Shown piece after piece: positions 17,703 through 28,100 of a DNA stretch of 64,000 nt. The stretch lies in IMG/VR virus record IMGVR_UViG_3300030330_005655, positions 31,490 to 95,489 of that record; one strand, given 5' to 3'. The position numbers were made by a program, and so were the translations under genes. A model generated the notes under the pieces. That model worked only from the letters and a program-made list of their open reading frames with translations. It did not search any database and had not been told where the DNA came from. The stretch is from a virus (taxonomy: Duplodnaviria > Caudoviricetes). The stretch's first letter is position 1. Each line of letters begins with the position of its first letter.

Positions 17703-20700
17703 TTATTCGTAATCTTCACAATCAATAAGTGGTATTTTGGTGGGTTCAAGTTTACAGCAATCCCAAATTCTAACCGTGTGTCTACCAAACTCTAAATTAG
17801 ATCCCACAACAGCGGCGCTGGTTATAACATTTATATCTCTGTAATGGTCAAAGTATATTACAACCCACTTGCACTCATTGCCGTTTTCAACAAGCATGGC
17901 AACACCCTGTCCCGCAACTTCGTTTTGCAATCTCGGCCCACCTCCGATACCCCCACCTTCCCAGAAAAACTGCATATCATCATAAACCTGAATTGTTCCA
18001 TCTTCTGCTGCGTATGGAACATGATCGCATCCACAAAGCTTGTGTACAATATGACCAGTTTGAGGACTGCTCGCATCGCCAGTCTTTGGACATTCAATAT
18101 CACAATTGACATCTTTAGAGCCTCTGATATCAAAAATAACCAACCTGCACTGATTTTGCTTTAATGGTATCCACTCATAATTTTGCCGAACGCATACAAT
18201 CCACTGGGGCGGATCTTTCAGAAGCAGAGAAAAATTAGTATCTCTGTTGTATCCGGTAATTATTTCTCCATCTACAACTAGATTGTCGTCACCCTTAGTG
18301 GCTGGATCAGGATCATCTTTTCTTGCCACCTCTACCTGAAATGTTGTAGGCTCATTCCAAGCGTCGGGCGCTGTTATATCACTTTTAAGCAATCCAACTA
18401 TAAACTCATGACCGCCAGACCAGATTTTTCTTTCGGCATCCCACATTAGGTTTATAGGGCCGGTTTCCCAGTGTCTTCTGTTGCCAGCAGCACCCTGATC
18501 AAAAGCTCCACCACCAGTGGCACTCATGTCATTTGGAACAGGGTTAGCCGCCAAGTCATAGCCCCAACCAGAAAGAACCATCGGCCCCCTAAAGCCAACA
18601 CTTCTAACAATATCAGACACGTTATTATTTAAATGGTGCTGTAGGTTGTCTGGATTTGAACTGCCATGAATACTAGAGTGATAATCGCTTTGCCTTAAAA
18701 ACTCTTGTCCATTATCCCCATCTTGATAAAGCTCATAAGGAAAATAAGGATCTAACTCTTCCGAAGAAGGATATATGCTCTGATCTTTAAATCTTTGTCC
18801 TTGTTCGTCAGTTACCGCAACGCTTTCTATCTCTGGATGAGTTGTTGAGCCATCGGGCTTTTCTGTTTGTGTTTGGTAAGGAGAAAAAATCTGCTCTTGA
18901 GTAGCACCAAAAGATTGGCTATATTTTGAAAGAGCCAAGCCATACAAATCACTAACATCTATCATTGCACCTTCAACGGCATATCCAGTATCCCCGTAAG
19001 CTTGAAAGTTTTGTGGGAATTCATCGTTTGGAGCAGTACCATCATACGCGCTAAACATAATCGCAGTTCCGTTTCCACGATTTCTTCTATATCTTTCGTC
19101 TATATCATCAAGATTAAATTCGCCAGCAGGATAAGGATTGAAACCTCTTTTTATAATCTGCTGACGTATTCTTTGAAGCGCATCCAATGTGGCTTTATAA
19201 ATTCTACTGAGCCTGTCCGCATTGTACTTAGCCAGCTTTCCAAAGTTTGGAGTCCAAGTATTAAATTGATAAGTAGTATACATGCCGCTTGTGTCTATAC
19301 TACAACTAAGATTTGTAATGTAAGGACCAAGGCTGGTAAATCTATCTGCTATATTAAAGGCTGGCTTTGATGCAAGCCTCATGCTTCCAGACTCATTTTC
19401 AATAACCTGCGCATTTCCAGCGCGAGCATAAGAAGCGCCAATTTCATTCAAGGCTTGAAAACTACCAAAGTTTTCTGGAGCTAAAGATGTATCAAAAACA
19501 ACTTCAGATTTTCCATTTGTAGCACCTTCAACAAAGTTATACCACGGACCCCAACAAAACTTTTGACTTTCTTGAGGAACCCCAATGGCAATCGGGTGCT
19601 TCAAATCTGGAGGAACTTGTATCTGTAATAATTCTTTACCAGCACCAATCATCGACTCCAAATTAACATCTGCGTCGAAGTGGTATTTAACAAGCGGAAG
19701 CAATCCCAAGTGAGGCGTGGTGTCAAAGGCATCTATAACACCTCCACCTCTAGCATCGCCAACACGATCCATAAGTGCTGTCTGCGCATAGTTTCTAATC
19801 TGAACACCACAATCCCAAACTATACAAGGAAGACCTTCTCCACCACCCAAGTCATACCAGAAAACAGTGTCGGTGGCAGGACCGCCTTTTGTTGTGAAAA
19901 CTCCGTCCTGTCCAGTAGCACCAGCGTTTGCTGGAGACCATCGGGCATAATCTTGCTGAAGCGCACTATAGTCATAAAAATTAGAATTTGCATATATTTG
20001 ACCACTTTTTAATCTGCCATTAGAGTCGTAAGCCGCTATGTCGTCAACAAGAGGAAGCTCTATGTAGGCAGAGTCAACCGTTTTCCAAGAAGGAACTTGT
20101 GTAAGTGGATTATCGAAAAGTCCTTGATTAACTCCATCGTCCTCGTTCAGATACTTTAGGTTGTTATCTCTTCCTCCCGGCTCTTCTGGAACAGGAACTA
20201 CAAACTTTTGTCTATAGAAATTTTCGGCACATTTAGAAACACCCCTCCAGATGGTGTCAACCTGATGAGCAGCAAAAGATCTATTTGCATTATATGCGTT
20301 ATTAGCGGTGTGAAGGCTAGTGGCCGCAAACGCCAAGTTGCCTACAGCGTAAAGCAGGAACTGATCTAGTATGTCTTCAGTAAACTCAAACCCAACACAC
20401 CAAGGGTCTTGATCAAAAGTTCCAGCCGCAATGGATTCTACAACCTTAAATGCCTGCCAAGACTCTTTTCCGCCTAAAGCCATTCTTATTTCTGCTACAG
20501 TGGCTATGTATCCGGGATTAAAGGAAGACTCATCAAGCATAACCTGAACACTATTTCCGGGCAGATATGCAAGAGGAGCAGTAACCGGATTACCAGCAAA
20601 ATCGCGACTAATTATCCATCTGCCAGCACCGTCTTTACCCCAAACAGGAACACATTGCTCTATAGGACAATACCACCATCGAGAAGCAGGGGCGCCAATG

Positions 20701-22880
20701 ATTAATTTTTGAACAACTTCATCTGAAAGCTCTTGACCAACAGAATAAGAAATCAAGCTTTCACCTCTGTTCGCCTCCACATAATCAGATACCACTCCAA
20801 GTTGTGGTTGTTGCGTTCTGTCAACAAGCTTAGTGAGTATAATAGGAGGGTTTCTTTCCTGTCCAAACGTTGGCGAATCGGCTTCATTGTCTATATCTAA
20901 AACCCATTCATCGTTTATATCTAAAACATAGCCAATAGGACCGCCACCTTCGGGTAACTCAATAATGTCGTCGGTAGGTATTACAGTTACATAATAATTA
21001 TGCTGTATAAGCTCACAACATTCTTCAATAACATTAGAAATTGTGGTTGTTTGTCCTGCAATTCTAAAGTTGTTGTATTCAGGTGTTTCAACTATATCTC
21101 TAATCGCAGTTATGTCTAACCTGTACCTGCTTTGCCCGAAAGATATAGGATCTCCAAAATTAGATTTTCCATAGGACATATTTTCCAAGATTTCTAAAAG
21201 TCTTGGGGCAGGGAATCCTGCCGAGTTTGTTCTAGCCTTTCCAAAATGACCACTTTCTCCAACGGGTTCTGTAAACCTTTCATCCCCAGCAAGCCAGTAA
21301 TTTTCTTCATGTGCTAAAGCGTTCCATATATTTCTCATTTGCTGATTATTTTCAGTACCCTTGCAAGGGAACCCATTTGAATCAATAGCAAATATAGGAT
21401 TATTAACTTTTGCATCATCATTTATATTACCATCCCCATCTAAACCTTCTGCGGGATTTAGGGGATTTCCTATGCAGCCTTCAGACTCGCGAACAGACAC
21501 AGGAGAAAAAATATCGGATTGCGTGTAAGGTATTTCTCTGTAATCATGACCAAAACTATTACCATCGGCAGCGCCCTGATCCCAGTTAAAACTTGTTCCG
21601 TCAAAATTAGAAAGTATTACGTTTACACCATTTAATACTTTGCCGCCCGGAGACTCTAATATAACATCATATTTTTTTCCGGCGGTGCTTTCATTTAAAG
21701 TAAACCTTTGAAAAACACCACCAAAATAAAACTGACCATATTTAAAATAACACGCAGTTCCAACCTGCGGAGGATTAAACACAACAGGTCTTCTAACTCC
21801 GTCAATTGGATCTATTTCAGTAGTATCAGGATCTTCGACCAGTGTTAATTGACAAGAGCCTCCTTGAGAACCCCAAGTAGCACTAGACTCAAATTTTTCA
21901 ACATAGCAACCAAACATCATGGGTGTTGGGGTACAGTCTTTTACAAATGTCTGAACCATAAAGTCCATTTTTTTTGTAACGACTTCATACTTTGATAGAT
22001 CGTTTGGCGACCAAGTTACTGTCAAGATAGCATCTTCACAAAGCTCCGTTCCAACAGGAGGATCAAACCTAAAAGCTCCTAAATCGCTTATATCTTGACC
22101 AGTTGTGGGATCTATTACACTCATGCAATACTCTTCCCCGTCACCCTCCGCTAAGGTGTGTGGGAAAACTTGTTCCACTTCGCCCTCACAAGGAAGTCTT
22201 GTTTCACACTCGCCAGAATGTTGCAAACACTCCCAATCTATAAATGGGGTTACACAAACATCTTCTCGTATTTTAATAATTTTAATACTGGAAGTTTTTT
22301 CAGTAGTACGATAGGTCGCTGTATCATCTGGAACAAATGTGGCAGTCACTTCTGTTGTTTCGCAAAGCTCTGTGCCAGCGGGAGGGCTGAAGGTCAAAGT
22401 ACCCGGAACTACTTCACCGGTATTAGGATCGGTAACAGTAACCTGATCTAGCTCTTGTTGAGAATTTAATATATAAAAAGTTGTAGTTACCAAACCCCGG
22501 CAATCTATCTCTTCTAGACACAATCCAAGATAGCCAGAAAGATTAAAATTAATTCTTGGAGTTTTACAAGAGTCGCTATTAACAATTCTTACTCTTAGAT
22601 TTTGAACCTTAGATGCAGAATTATAAGCAGAAGGGTCTGTGGGTGTAAAAGTAGCAGTTATATCGGTATCTGCACAAATTGAAGCCCCAGCCGCTGGCGA
22701 ATAAGCAAACGAGCCTTCAACGGTATCTCCAGTATTAGGATCTCTGGCTACTGCATTTAATTCATTTAAAGAGTTTATTACGTAGGAGGTTTGAGTAACC
22801 GCCCCTGCGCAATTAGTAACCTTTGAGCAAGTTCCTTCGTACTCTGATAAATCCCATTTTATAACTGGTGTTTTCGGCAT
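17703..22880 (-). CDS. Large tail-tip/baseplate protein with three N-terminal Ig-like (MBG/Big-like) repeats
   Basis: Position after TMP; repeats TP.I.W..DP.TG..G.F...P..G..LC....T.T..P.D...Y; start at MPKTP with AGGA SD. Confidence 0.65.
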   Translation of the reverse strand: MPKTPVIKWDLSEYEGTCSKVTNCAGAVTQTSYVINSLNELNAVARDPNTGDTVEGSFAYSPAAGASICADTDITATFTPTDPSAYNSASKVQNLRVRIVNSDSCKTPRINFNLSGYLGLCLEEIDCRGLVTTTFYILNSQQELDQVTVTDPNTGEVVPGTLTFSPPAGTELCETTEVTATFVPDDTATYRTTEKTSSIKIIKIREDVCVTPFIDWECLQHSGECETRLPCEGEVEQVFPHTLAEGDGEEYCMSVIDPTTGQDISDLGAFRFDPPVGTELCEDAILTVTWSPNDLSKYEVVTKKMDFMVQTFVKDCTPTPMMFGCYVEKFESSATWGSQGGSCQLTLVEDPDTTEIDPIDGVRRPVVFNPPQVGTACYFKYGQFYFGGVFQRFTLNESTAGKKYDVILESPGGKVLNGVNVILSNFDGTSFNWDQGAADGNSFGHDYREIPYTQSDIFSPVSVRESEGCIGNPLNPAEGLDGDGNINDDAKVNNPIFAIDSNGFPCKGTENNQQMRNIWNALAHEENYWLAGDERFTEPVGESGHFGKARTNSAGFPAPRLLEILENMSYGKSNFGDPISFGQSRYRLDITAIRDIVETPEYNNFRIAGQTTTISNVIEECCELIQHNYYVTVIPTDDIIELPEGGGPIGYVLDINDEWVLDIDNEADSPTFGQERNPPIILTKLVDRTQQPQLGVVSDYVEANRGESLISYSVGQELSDEVVQKLIIGAPASRWWYCPIEQCVPVWGKDGAGRWIISRDFAGNPVTAPLAYLPGNSVQVMLDESSFNPGYIATVAEIRMALGGKESWQAFKVVESIAAGTFDQDPWCVGFEFTEDILDQFLLYAVGNLAFAATSLHTANNAYNANRSFAAHQVDTIWRGVSKCAENFYRQKFVVPVPEEPGGRDNNLKYLNEDDGVNQGLFDNPLTQVPSWKTVDSAYIELPLVDDIAAYDSNGRLKSGQIYANSNFYDYSALQQDYARWSPANAGATGQDGVFTTKGGPATDTVFWYDLGGGEGLPCIVWDCGVQIRNYAQTALMDRVGDARGGGVIDAFDTTPHLGLLPLVKYHFDADVNLESMIGAGKELLQIQVPPDLKHPIAIGVPQESQKFCWGPWYNFVEGATNGKSEVVFDTSLAPENFGSFQALNEIGASYARAGNAQVIENESGSMRLASKPAFNIADRFTSLGPYITNLSCSIDTSGMYTTYQFNTWTPNFGKLAKYNADRLSRIYKATLDALQRIRQQIIKRGFNPYPAGEFNLDDIDERYRRNRGNGTAIMFSAYDGTAPNDEFPQNFQAYGDTGYAVEGAMIDVSDLYGLALSKYSQSFGATQEQIFSPYQTQTEKPDGSTTHPEIESVAVTDEQGQRFKDQSIYPSSEELDPYFPYELYQDGDNGQEFLRQSDYHSSIHGSSNPDNLQHHLNNNVSDIVRSVGFRGPMVLSGWGYDLAANPVPNDMSATGGGAFDQGAAGNRRHWETGPINLMWDAERKIWSGGHEFIVGLLKSDITAPDAWNEPTTFQVEVARKDDPDPATKGDDNLVVDGEIITGYNRDTNFSLLLKDPPQWIVCVRQNYEWIPLKQNQCRLVIFDIRGSKDVNCDIECPKTGDASSPQTGHIVHKLCGCDHVPYAAEDGTIQVYDDMQFFWEGGGIGGGPRLQNEVAGQGVAMLVENGNECKWVVIYFDHYRDINVITSAAVVGSNLEFGRHTVRIWDCCKLEPTKIPLIDCEDYE

Positions 22881-22888
22881 GTTGTTTC

Positions 22889-24517
22889 CTATTCGGTCGT
22901 TAGTGGCATAGCGTCCCAACTTTCAGAAAGATTGTAAACCCTTGTTGAAGGATTCCAGCTTTCTGTAAAGCTTTTGCACTGCGCGTTATCGGCTGTAGGT
23001 CTGTATGGTTCTGATAGCGTTTGACCGTTGGGCTTGCCAAAGCCTCTAGCCATAGTCAGATCAACTGTTATGTTTGTATTAAAAATTGGAGTTGTTTCAA
23101 AGTTTTGAATAACTGGACCGTCCTGCTTTCCCAAAACCTGTATAACAGCATATACGTCAACGATGCCATACTGATTAGAGTATGACACATTAATACTTTC
23201 TGATATAGATCCTTCAACAGAAGCCTCTCTGTCATTATAGGTCGCAGAATAAGTTATAACACCACCTGTTTTATTAACACCAACAGATTCATTAACCACT
23301 TGCGTACTTAAAGTGCCAGCCCCGCCGCCGGTTCTATAAACCTCTTCCGCTAAAGTGATCAAGGTAGGTCTCATCAAATCAAAAGCTCGTTTAGCATTAT
23401 CATATTTAGATATGCTAGTAATACTTGATGTATTATAATCTAACCCATTGATAGTTGCATTTATGTTAACAGTAGTAAATGGCTGGTCTTGCTGTGCTTC
23501 ATAAGAAGCCTCTATAACATGATTGGCGAAAAAGTTTTCTTGAGACAAAAGCCAAGTGTCTGTAACCTCATAACTTCCAGCCGATTGATCAGACTTTACA
23601 ACCCTAACATGATTAAATGCATCATAAACAATTAGCCCTGCACCGCCATCGCCAGACAAACTAAACCCAAGCTCGTCAGAAGCTTCAGGCTTGTTCATTT
23701 CTATAGGCAAAAACGTACTTTGAAAAAATGTAGTATCGCCCATCAAGTCTTCTGTTATAGCAACCGTTGGGTCATTCACAAGTCTGGTAGAAACCCACTG
23801 AACAGCCTGTCTAAAAGCCTCGCCGTCGTCTTCTAAGGATGTGGGGTCTTCGTATTTTTTTAAACCCTTTGCGGTAACGGTGTGTGACAAACTGTAGGTT
23901 TTATGCATAACATTTTCAGCGCTGTCATAAACACCCCCTTGAAAAAAAATACCATCATTTTGATTAAGATCCCAATTTTCAGAAACAGACTCCAGCAAAT
24001 ACGTTGGATCAGCTTTAGCCAGTGTATCAATATTTGTGCCAACAGACTCTTCTTGGTATGCCTCAAAAACAAAGTTATACTCAAAATTTTGAACACCAGC
24101 AGAATTTTCCTGCTGCTCTGGAAGATCAACAGAAACAAGTCTAGCATCCTTGTAAATTATAATATTGTCCAAGCCATTATAAGGCTGTATTTCTAATTTA
24201 CCAGTACCCTGATTAGGAAAAATGTTCCTAATAAACTGCATGGTTTTTATAAGATCGCCCTGAATAGTTGACTGCCTTTGACCCTTTTCTGTTATGTCTT
24301 GATTAGGTTGTGCGCTGTCTATCGTGGCGGTTCCGGTAACATTTATGGTGAACTTGGAATTTACATATGTTCCATCTCCGGTAGATATTATTTCTCTTGA
24401 TATAGAGTATCTAGGCATTGGCCCAGACAATCCGGTATCGCCAGTGGCTCTGTTTACAGAAGAAACACCACCTATTACTAAAACTTTGCTGTCTTGGTTG
24501 GTTTGAAAAACTATCAT
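22889..24517 (-). CDS. Minor tail protein (distal tail/hub-like)
   Basis: Beta-rich acidic protein in the tail operon, two genes downstream of TMP. Confidence 0.55.
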   Translation of the reverse strand: MIVFQTNQDSKVLVIGGVSSVNRATGDTGLSGPMPRYSISREIISTGDGTYVNSKFTINVTGTATIDSAQPNQDITEKGQRQSTIQGDLIKTMQFIRNIFPNQGTGKLEIQPYNGLDNIIIYKDARLVSVDLPEQQENSAGVQNFEYNFVFEAYQEESVGTNIDTLAKADPTYLLESVSENWDLNQNDGIFFQGGVYDSAENVMHKTYSLSHTVTAKGLKKYEDPTSLEDDGEAFRQAVQWVSTRLVNDPTVAITEDLMGDTTFFQSTFLPIEMNKPEASDELGFSLSGDGGAGLIVYDAFNHVRVVKSDQSAGSYEVTDTWLLSQENFFANHVIEASYEAQQDQPFTTVNINATINGLDYNTSSITSISKYDNAKRAFDLMRPTLITLAEEVYRTGGGAGTLSTQVVNESVGVNKTGGVITYSATYNDREASVEGSISESINVSYSNQYGIVDVYAVIQVLGKQDGPVIQNFETTPIFNTNITVDLTMARGFGKPNGQTLSEPYRPTADNAQCKSFTESWNPSTRVYNLSESWDAMPLTTE

Positions 24518-25182
24518 TATTCAGAAAAACCTCTTGTAAAGATATTCAATGTTTTTGTTTCTGGGGCTTTGATTATCAGATCCAAACCAGAGGCTTGAAC
24601 AAAAACACCACTTGTGTATAAATCGACATTGTTATTAACAGCATTAGAACGAACAAACAAATTCACATTGCCTTCAGCATTAAAGCTACCATATGGATTT
24701 TCTATATACAAAGGCATATTGTTATTATCTATTGAATTAGACCTTATATGCAAATTTATATTATTATTTTTTCTAAAGAAGATACCATCAGCAGAAGCAA
24801 CATCACCACTAATAAACGCCGTTATTGTGCCGGAAGAAGTAAGGTTGCTGATTGGAGCTTGAAGGAACAATGGGGCCGTTCCAGAGGCTTCAAACTTTCT
24901 ATCGGTTGGCGTTATGAATAAAGAAACATCGCCACTAGCTGTAGATCTAGCTCCCACAATATTCAAATCAGCAGTATTATTTACAACATCGCCGCTACCA
25001 CTAGGTTGAGCAAATTTATCATTTTGTATAAAAAGAGACATGACGCCGGTGGGAAAACTGTTGATGATCACCAACGGCATTGTTTTTTCTTCTGTCGCCC
25101 CGCGAATATACGAGTTTATCGAACCGCTGTGAGGAACAGGGCCAGATATAAAAAGGCTCGTATTAGCGTTGTGAGTAGCCAA
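24517..25182 (-). CDS. Small virion protein with short xSG...L(F/Y)I repeats
   Basis: 10 SG dipeptides; follows TMP; TTG start with AGGA SD. Confidence 0.5.
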   Translation of the reverse strand: MATHNANTSLFISGPVPHSGSINSYIRGATEEKTMPLVIINSFPTGVMSLFIQNDKFAQPSGSGDVVNNTADLNIVGARSTASGDVSLFITPTDRKFEASGTAPLFLQAPISNLTSSGTITAFISGDVASADGIFFRKNNNINLHIRSNSIDNNNMPLYIENPYGSFNAEGNVNLFVRSNAVNNNVDLYTSGVFVQASGLDLIIKAPETKTLNIFTRGFSE

Positions 25183-25194
25183 TCCTAAAAACTC

Positions 25195-28100
25195 CTAAGC
25201 TATAAATCTAGAATTATTTTGATCAATCATTGCAGCAACTTCTTGTCCTACAAACTCTCCTATAAACTGACTAAGTTCATTTTTGATAAGTTCAATATTT
25301 AATCCTTGCAGGTTTAATCCGCCTTGAACATTCACAGTGTGTGTGAACTGGAAACCGTTTGCAAAAAGCGCTGCGGCATCGCTCATCTTGGTTATTAGCG
25401 GATCGAAAGAACTAATCGCACCGGCAAAAGCGTCGGTTATACCGCCAATAAAACCAGAAAATACACCCTCAATCTGTCCTGTGTCTATTGCGAACATGCC
25501 ACCGCCAGTGCCTTCTCTGCCGCCGCTTCCTTGGTTGCGGTAAACTGGCCCACCTTTGTTGTAGCCCGGAACTTGGCCCCTGTTCAAACTTTTCATAAAT
25601 CCAACACCATATTTGTCTACGGTGTTTGAATTCATTACAAACTCTCCGGGCGTGAGCATTGCTGGCACAGTGTCTTGATTAGAGCCGCCATTTCTAAAGT
25701 AAGAAGGAACGAGACCGCCTTTAGCATAGTGATATGGAAATAAAGGCATAGCTTGGTACATGTTGTATAAATCTATATTTTTAAACTCATGATTAGTTTT
25801 TATTGCCGCAAATCTTGCTCTTGCTTTATCAATAAGTTTATTAAATTCAATCCTAACATCGTCGTCAATATTACCAGCACCGTCCATGATTGGATCGCCA
25901 AGATGGGAAAACGTTCTTTTTCCTGTTCTGAAGTTCCTTTTAAAATGAGCGCTCATTAAATTTGATGATGGAAATTGACCAGTAGCACCAACATGCCGTG
26001 CAATCTCTTCTACTAGGGCAAGCTCAGTGTATTCTTTGTCATCGGGTGGTCCAAGATAGTCTACAGACCTATCTAATAGATTTCTTACACCCTGCGGAAG
26101 CCGTTCTTTTAGTGCTATTGCTTTCTTTTTGCCTTTGAGCGTTAGTCCGCTTGGAACAGGTTGTTGAGCTTCGATTCCCCTAAGTATTTGTCTAGCTCGT
26201 TCTCCCATTGGTCCGGGCTGCATAGCCATTGCTTGCAGTTGAGCCATATTGTTGAACCGATTCGTCGAATCGTATCTCCGATTGATACCCTCCACACCCA
26301 TGCCTCGCATATTGTTGATAGCCTCGCTACCCATATTCATTAAACCTTGACCGGGAATTCCACCCGGACCACCCGAAAACGCACCCATGTCGGTCATGAT
26401 TGGGTTGCCATATATATCGTAGTTGGAGAACCCATAGCCACCAAATTGTGCATATCGACCACCGCTATAAGCAGCCCTAGGTATGCCCATATTGCCGTAT
26501 CTTGTGCCGCCCATGTTTCGCATGTATCCACTTATGCCGCCACCAAATTGACGGTAAACAGGACCGCCTTTGGCATATCCTAAAATACGATAATATTTTC
26601 TAGCAAGATTCAAACTGTCTTTTGACAGGCTGCCCTGTGGAACTCCTACCGTTGATCCATCGGCTTTTTCTAGATTTAAAATTGCATTTCCGCTACCGGC
26701 GCCGCTTATACCTCTATATCTAGCCTGCGTTGAATGTTCGCCCGTGACATTTGTCCATGTTTCAAGTCGATCTATACCAAGCCCTTGAAGAGAAGCGTTT
26801 TGTAATGATGATATGTATGATGGGCCGGGATCTGGACGAAGGTCTTCATAAGGAACTTGGACTAGTGCCGCAGCGCGTGCCGCAGCGCCTTTTAAAAAGC
26901 CTCCAACAGCCGAAATGCCAGCACCAAGATTACCCCTAGCAGTATCAAAATTACTTTTAAAATTAGAATAACCAGTTTTAGCAGCATCTATAGCAGTTCT
27001 ACCAGCCCCAATCAAATCAGCTAATCCAAACTTCGGTTCTACGGAAGGCGACTGGAAGCCTGTCATCATAGGCTCTCTTCTACGTTCTTTCGGCTGAACC
27101 ATTCGAGGATATGGCGCGTCTGGATTTAACCGATCAAAATCCGCATCACTCATCATCGGAGGCATAAAGCTTGGAGAAACCCCTCCGATGGGTGTACTTA
27201 TGTCAAGCAGCCCAGAAACATCAACGATAGGGAAATCTTTCAAAATGGCTGGGTCGGCTCTTCGGGGGGTTGGAGCGGTCGGGGTGCGCAGTCTTCTTTT
27301 AATAAATCTGTTTGGACCCTCTAAGGGAAAATTAGCCCCAAATGTATTAGCCATGCCAGCCAAAAAGTTGTGTACAAACATAGCAATACCCGAATGATCA
27401 TCAGCAAAACCCGAACGATCACCAGCAAACTGCCCCGGATATCCTCCCGCTCTAATATCTGGATCTGGATGGCCTGAAGTGTAAACACCGGGAGCTACGC
27501 GCGTTCCCAAATAGACAGGAGCGCTGGGTTGAACGCGCCGAAAGCTTCCATCAGCAGTAGCGCTACCGATAGTTCCTCGACCACCGCCGCTACCACCAAT
27601 GGTTCTTACAGGCACATCGCCTACATGAGTACTTGAGTTCTTTTTACGGTTTTGCCATTCCGAATACTCTTGTGGGGTATTCCGTTGATGCCACATACTT
27701 GCTTGCTGTATAGTTCTTGCCCCTATAGCAGTTATTTTGTTAGCAGGAAGTCCGGTGTGCTTATGATAAGGTAGACCGTCACTAGGAGTCTCTCCACCCA
27801 TATGTCTATAAACAACACTTCCACCCCTATTCAAAGCCGCCAAATTATCAGCACCAATCTTATCAACAGCAGACTTTCTTATAACAAACTCGCCCGGAGT
27901 TAACATAGCAGGAACAGTATCAGTGCCTTTGGGCTTGAATATAGTGCCACCATTTTTTCTATACTGAACCAATCCACCCCTAGCATTTCCTTGCGCTTCT
28001 TGGTCGCCTCCCGGCTGGTTTGCCGCAGCTTTTCTAGCCATAACCATTTCTTGAGTAAGCTTGGTTACTTCATCGGCAAGCTTGACATTCGCCTCTATCA

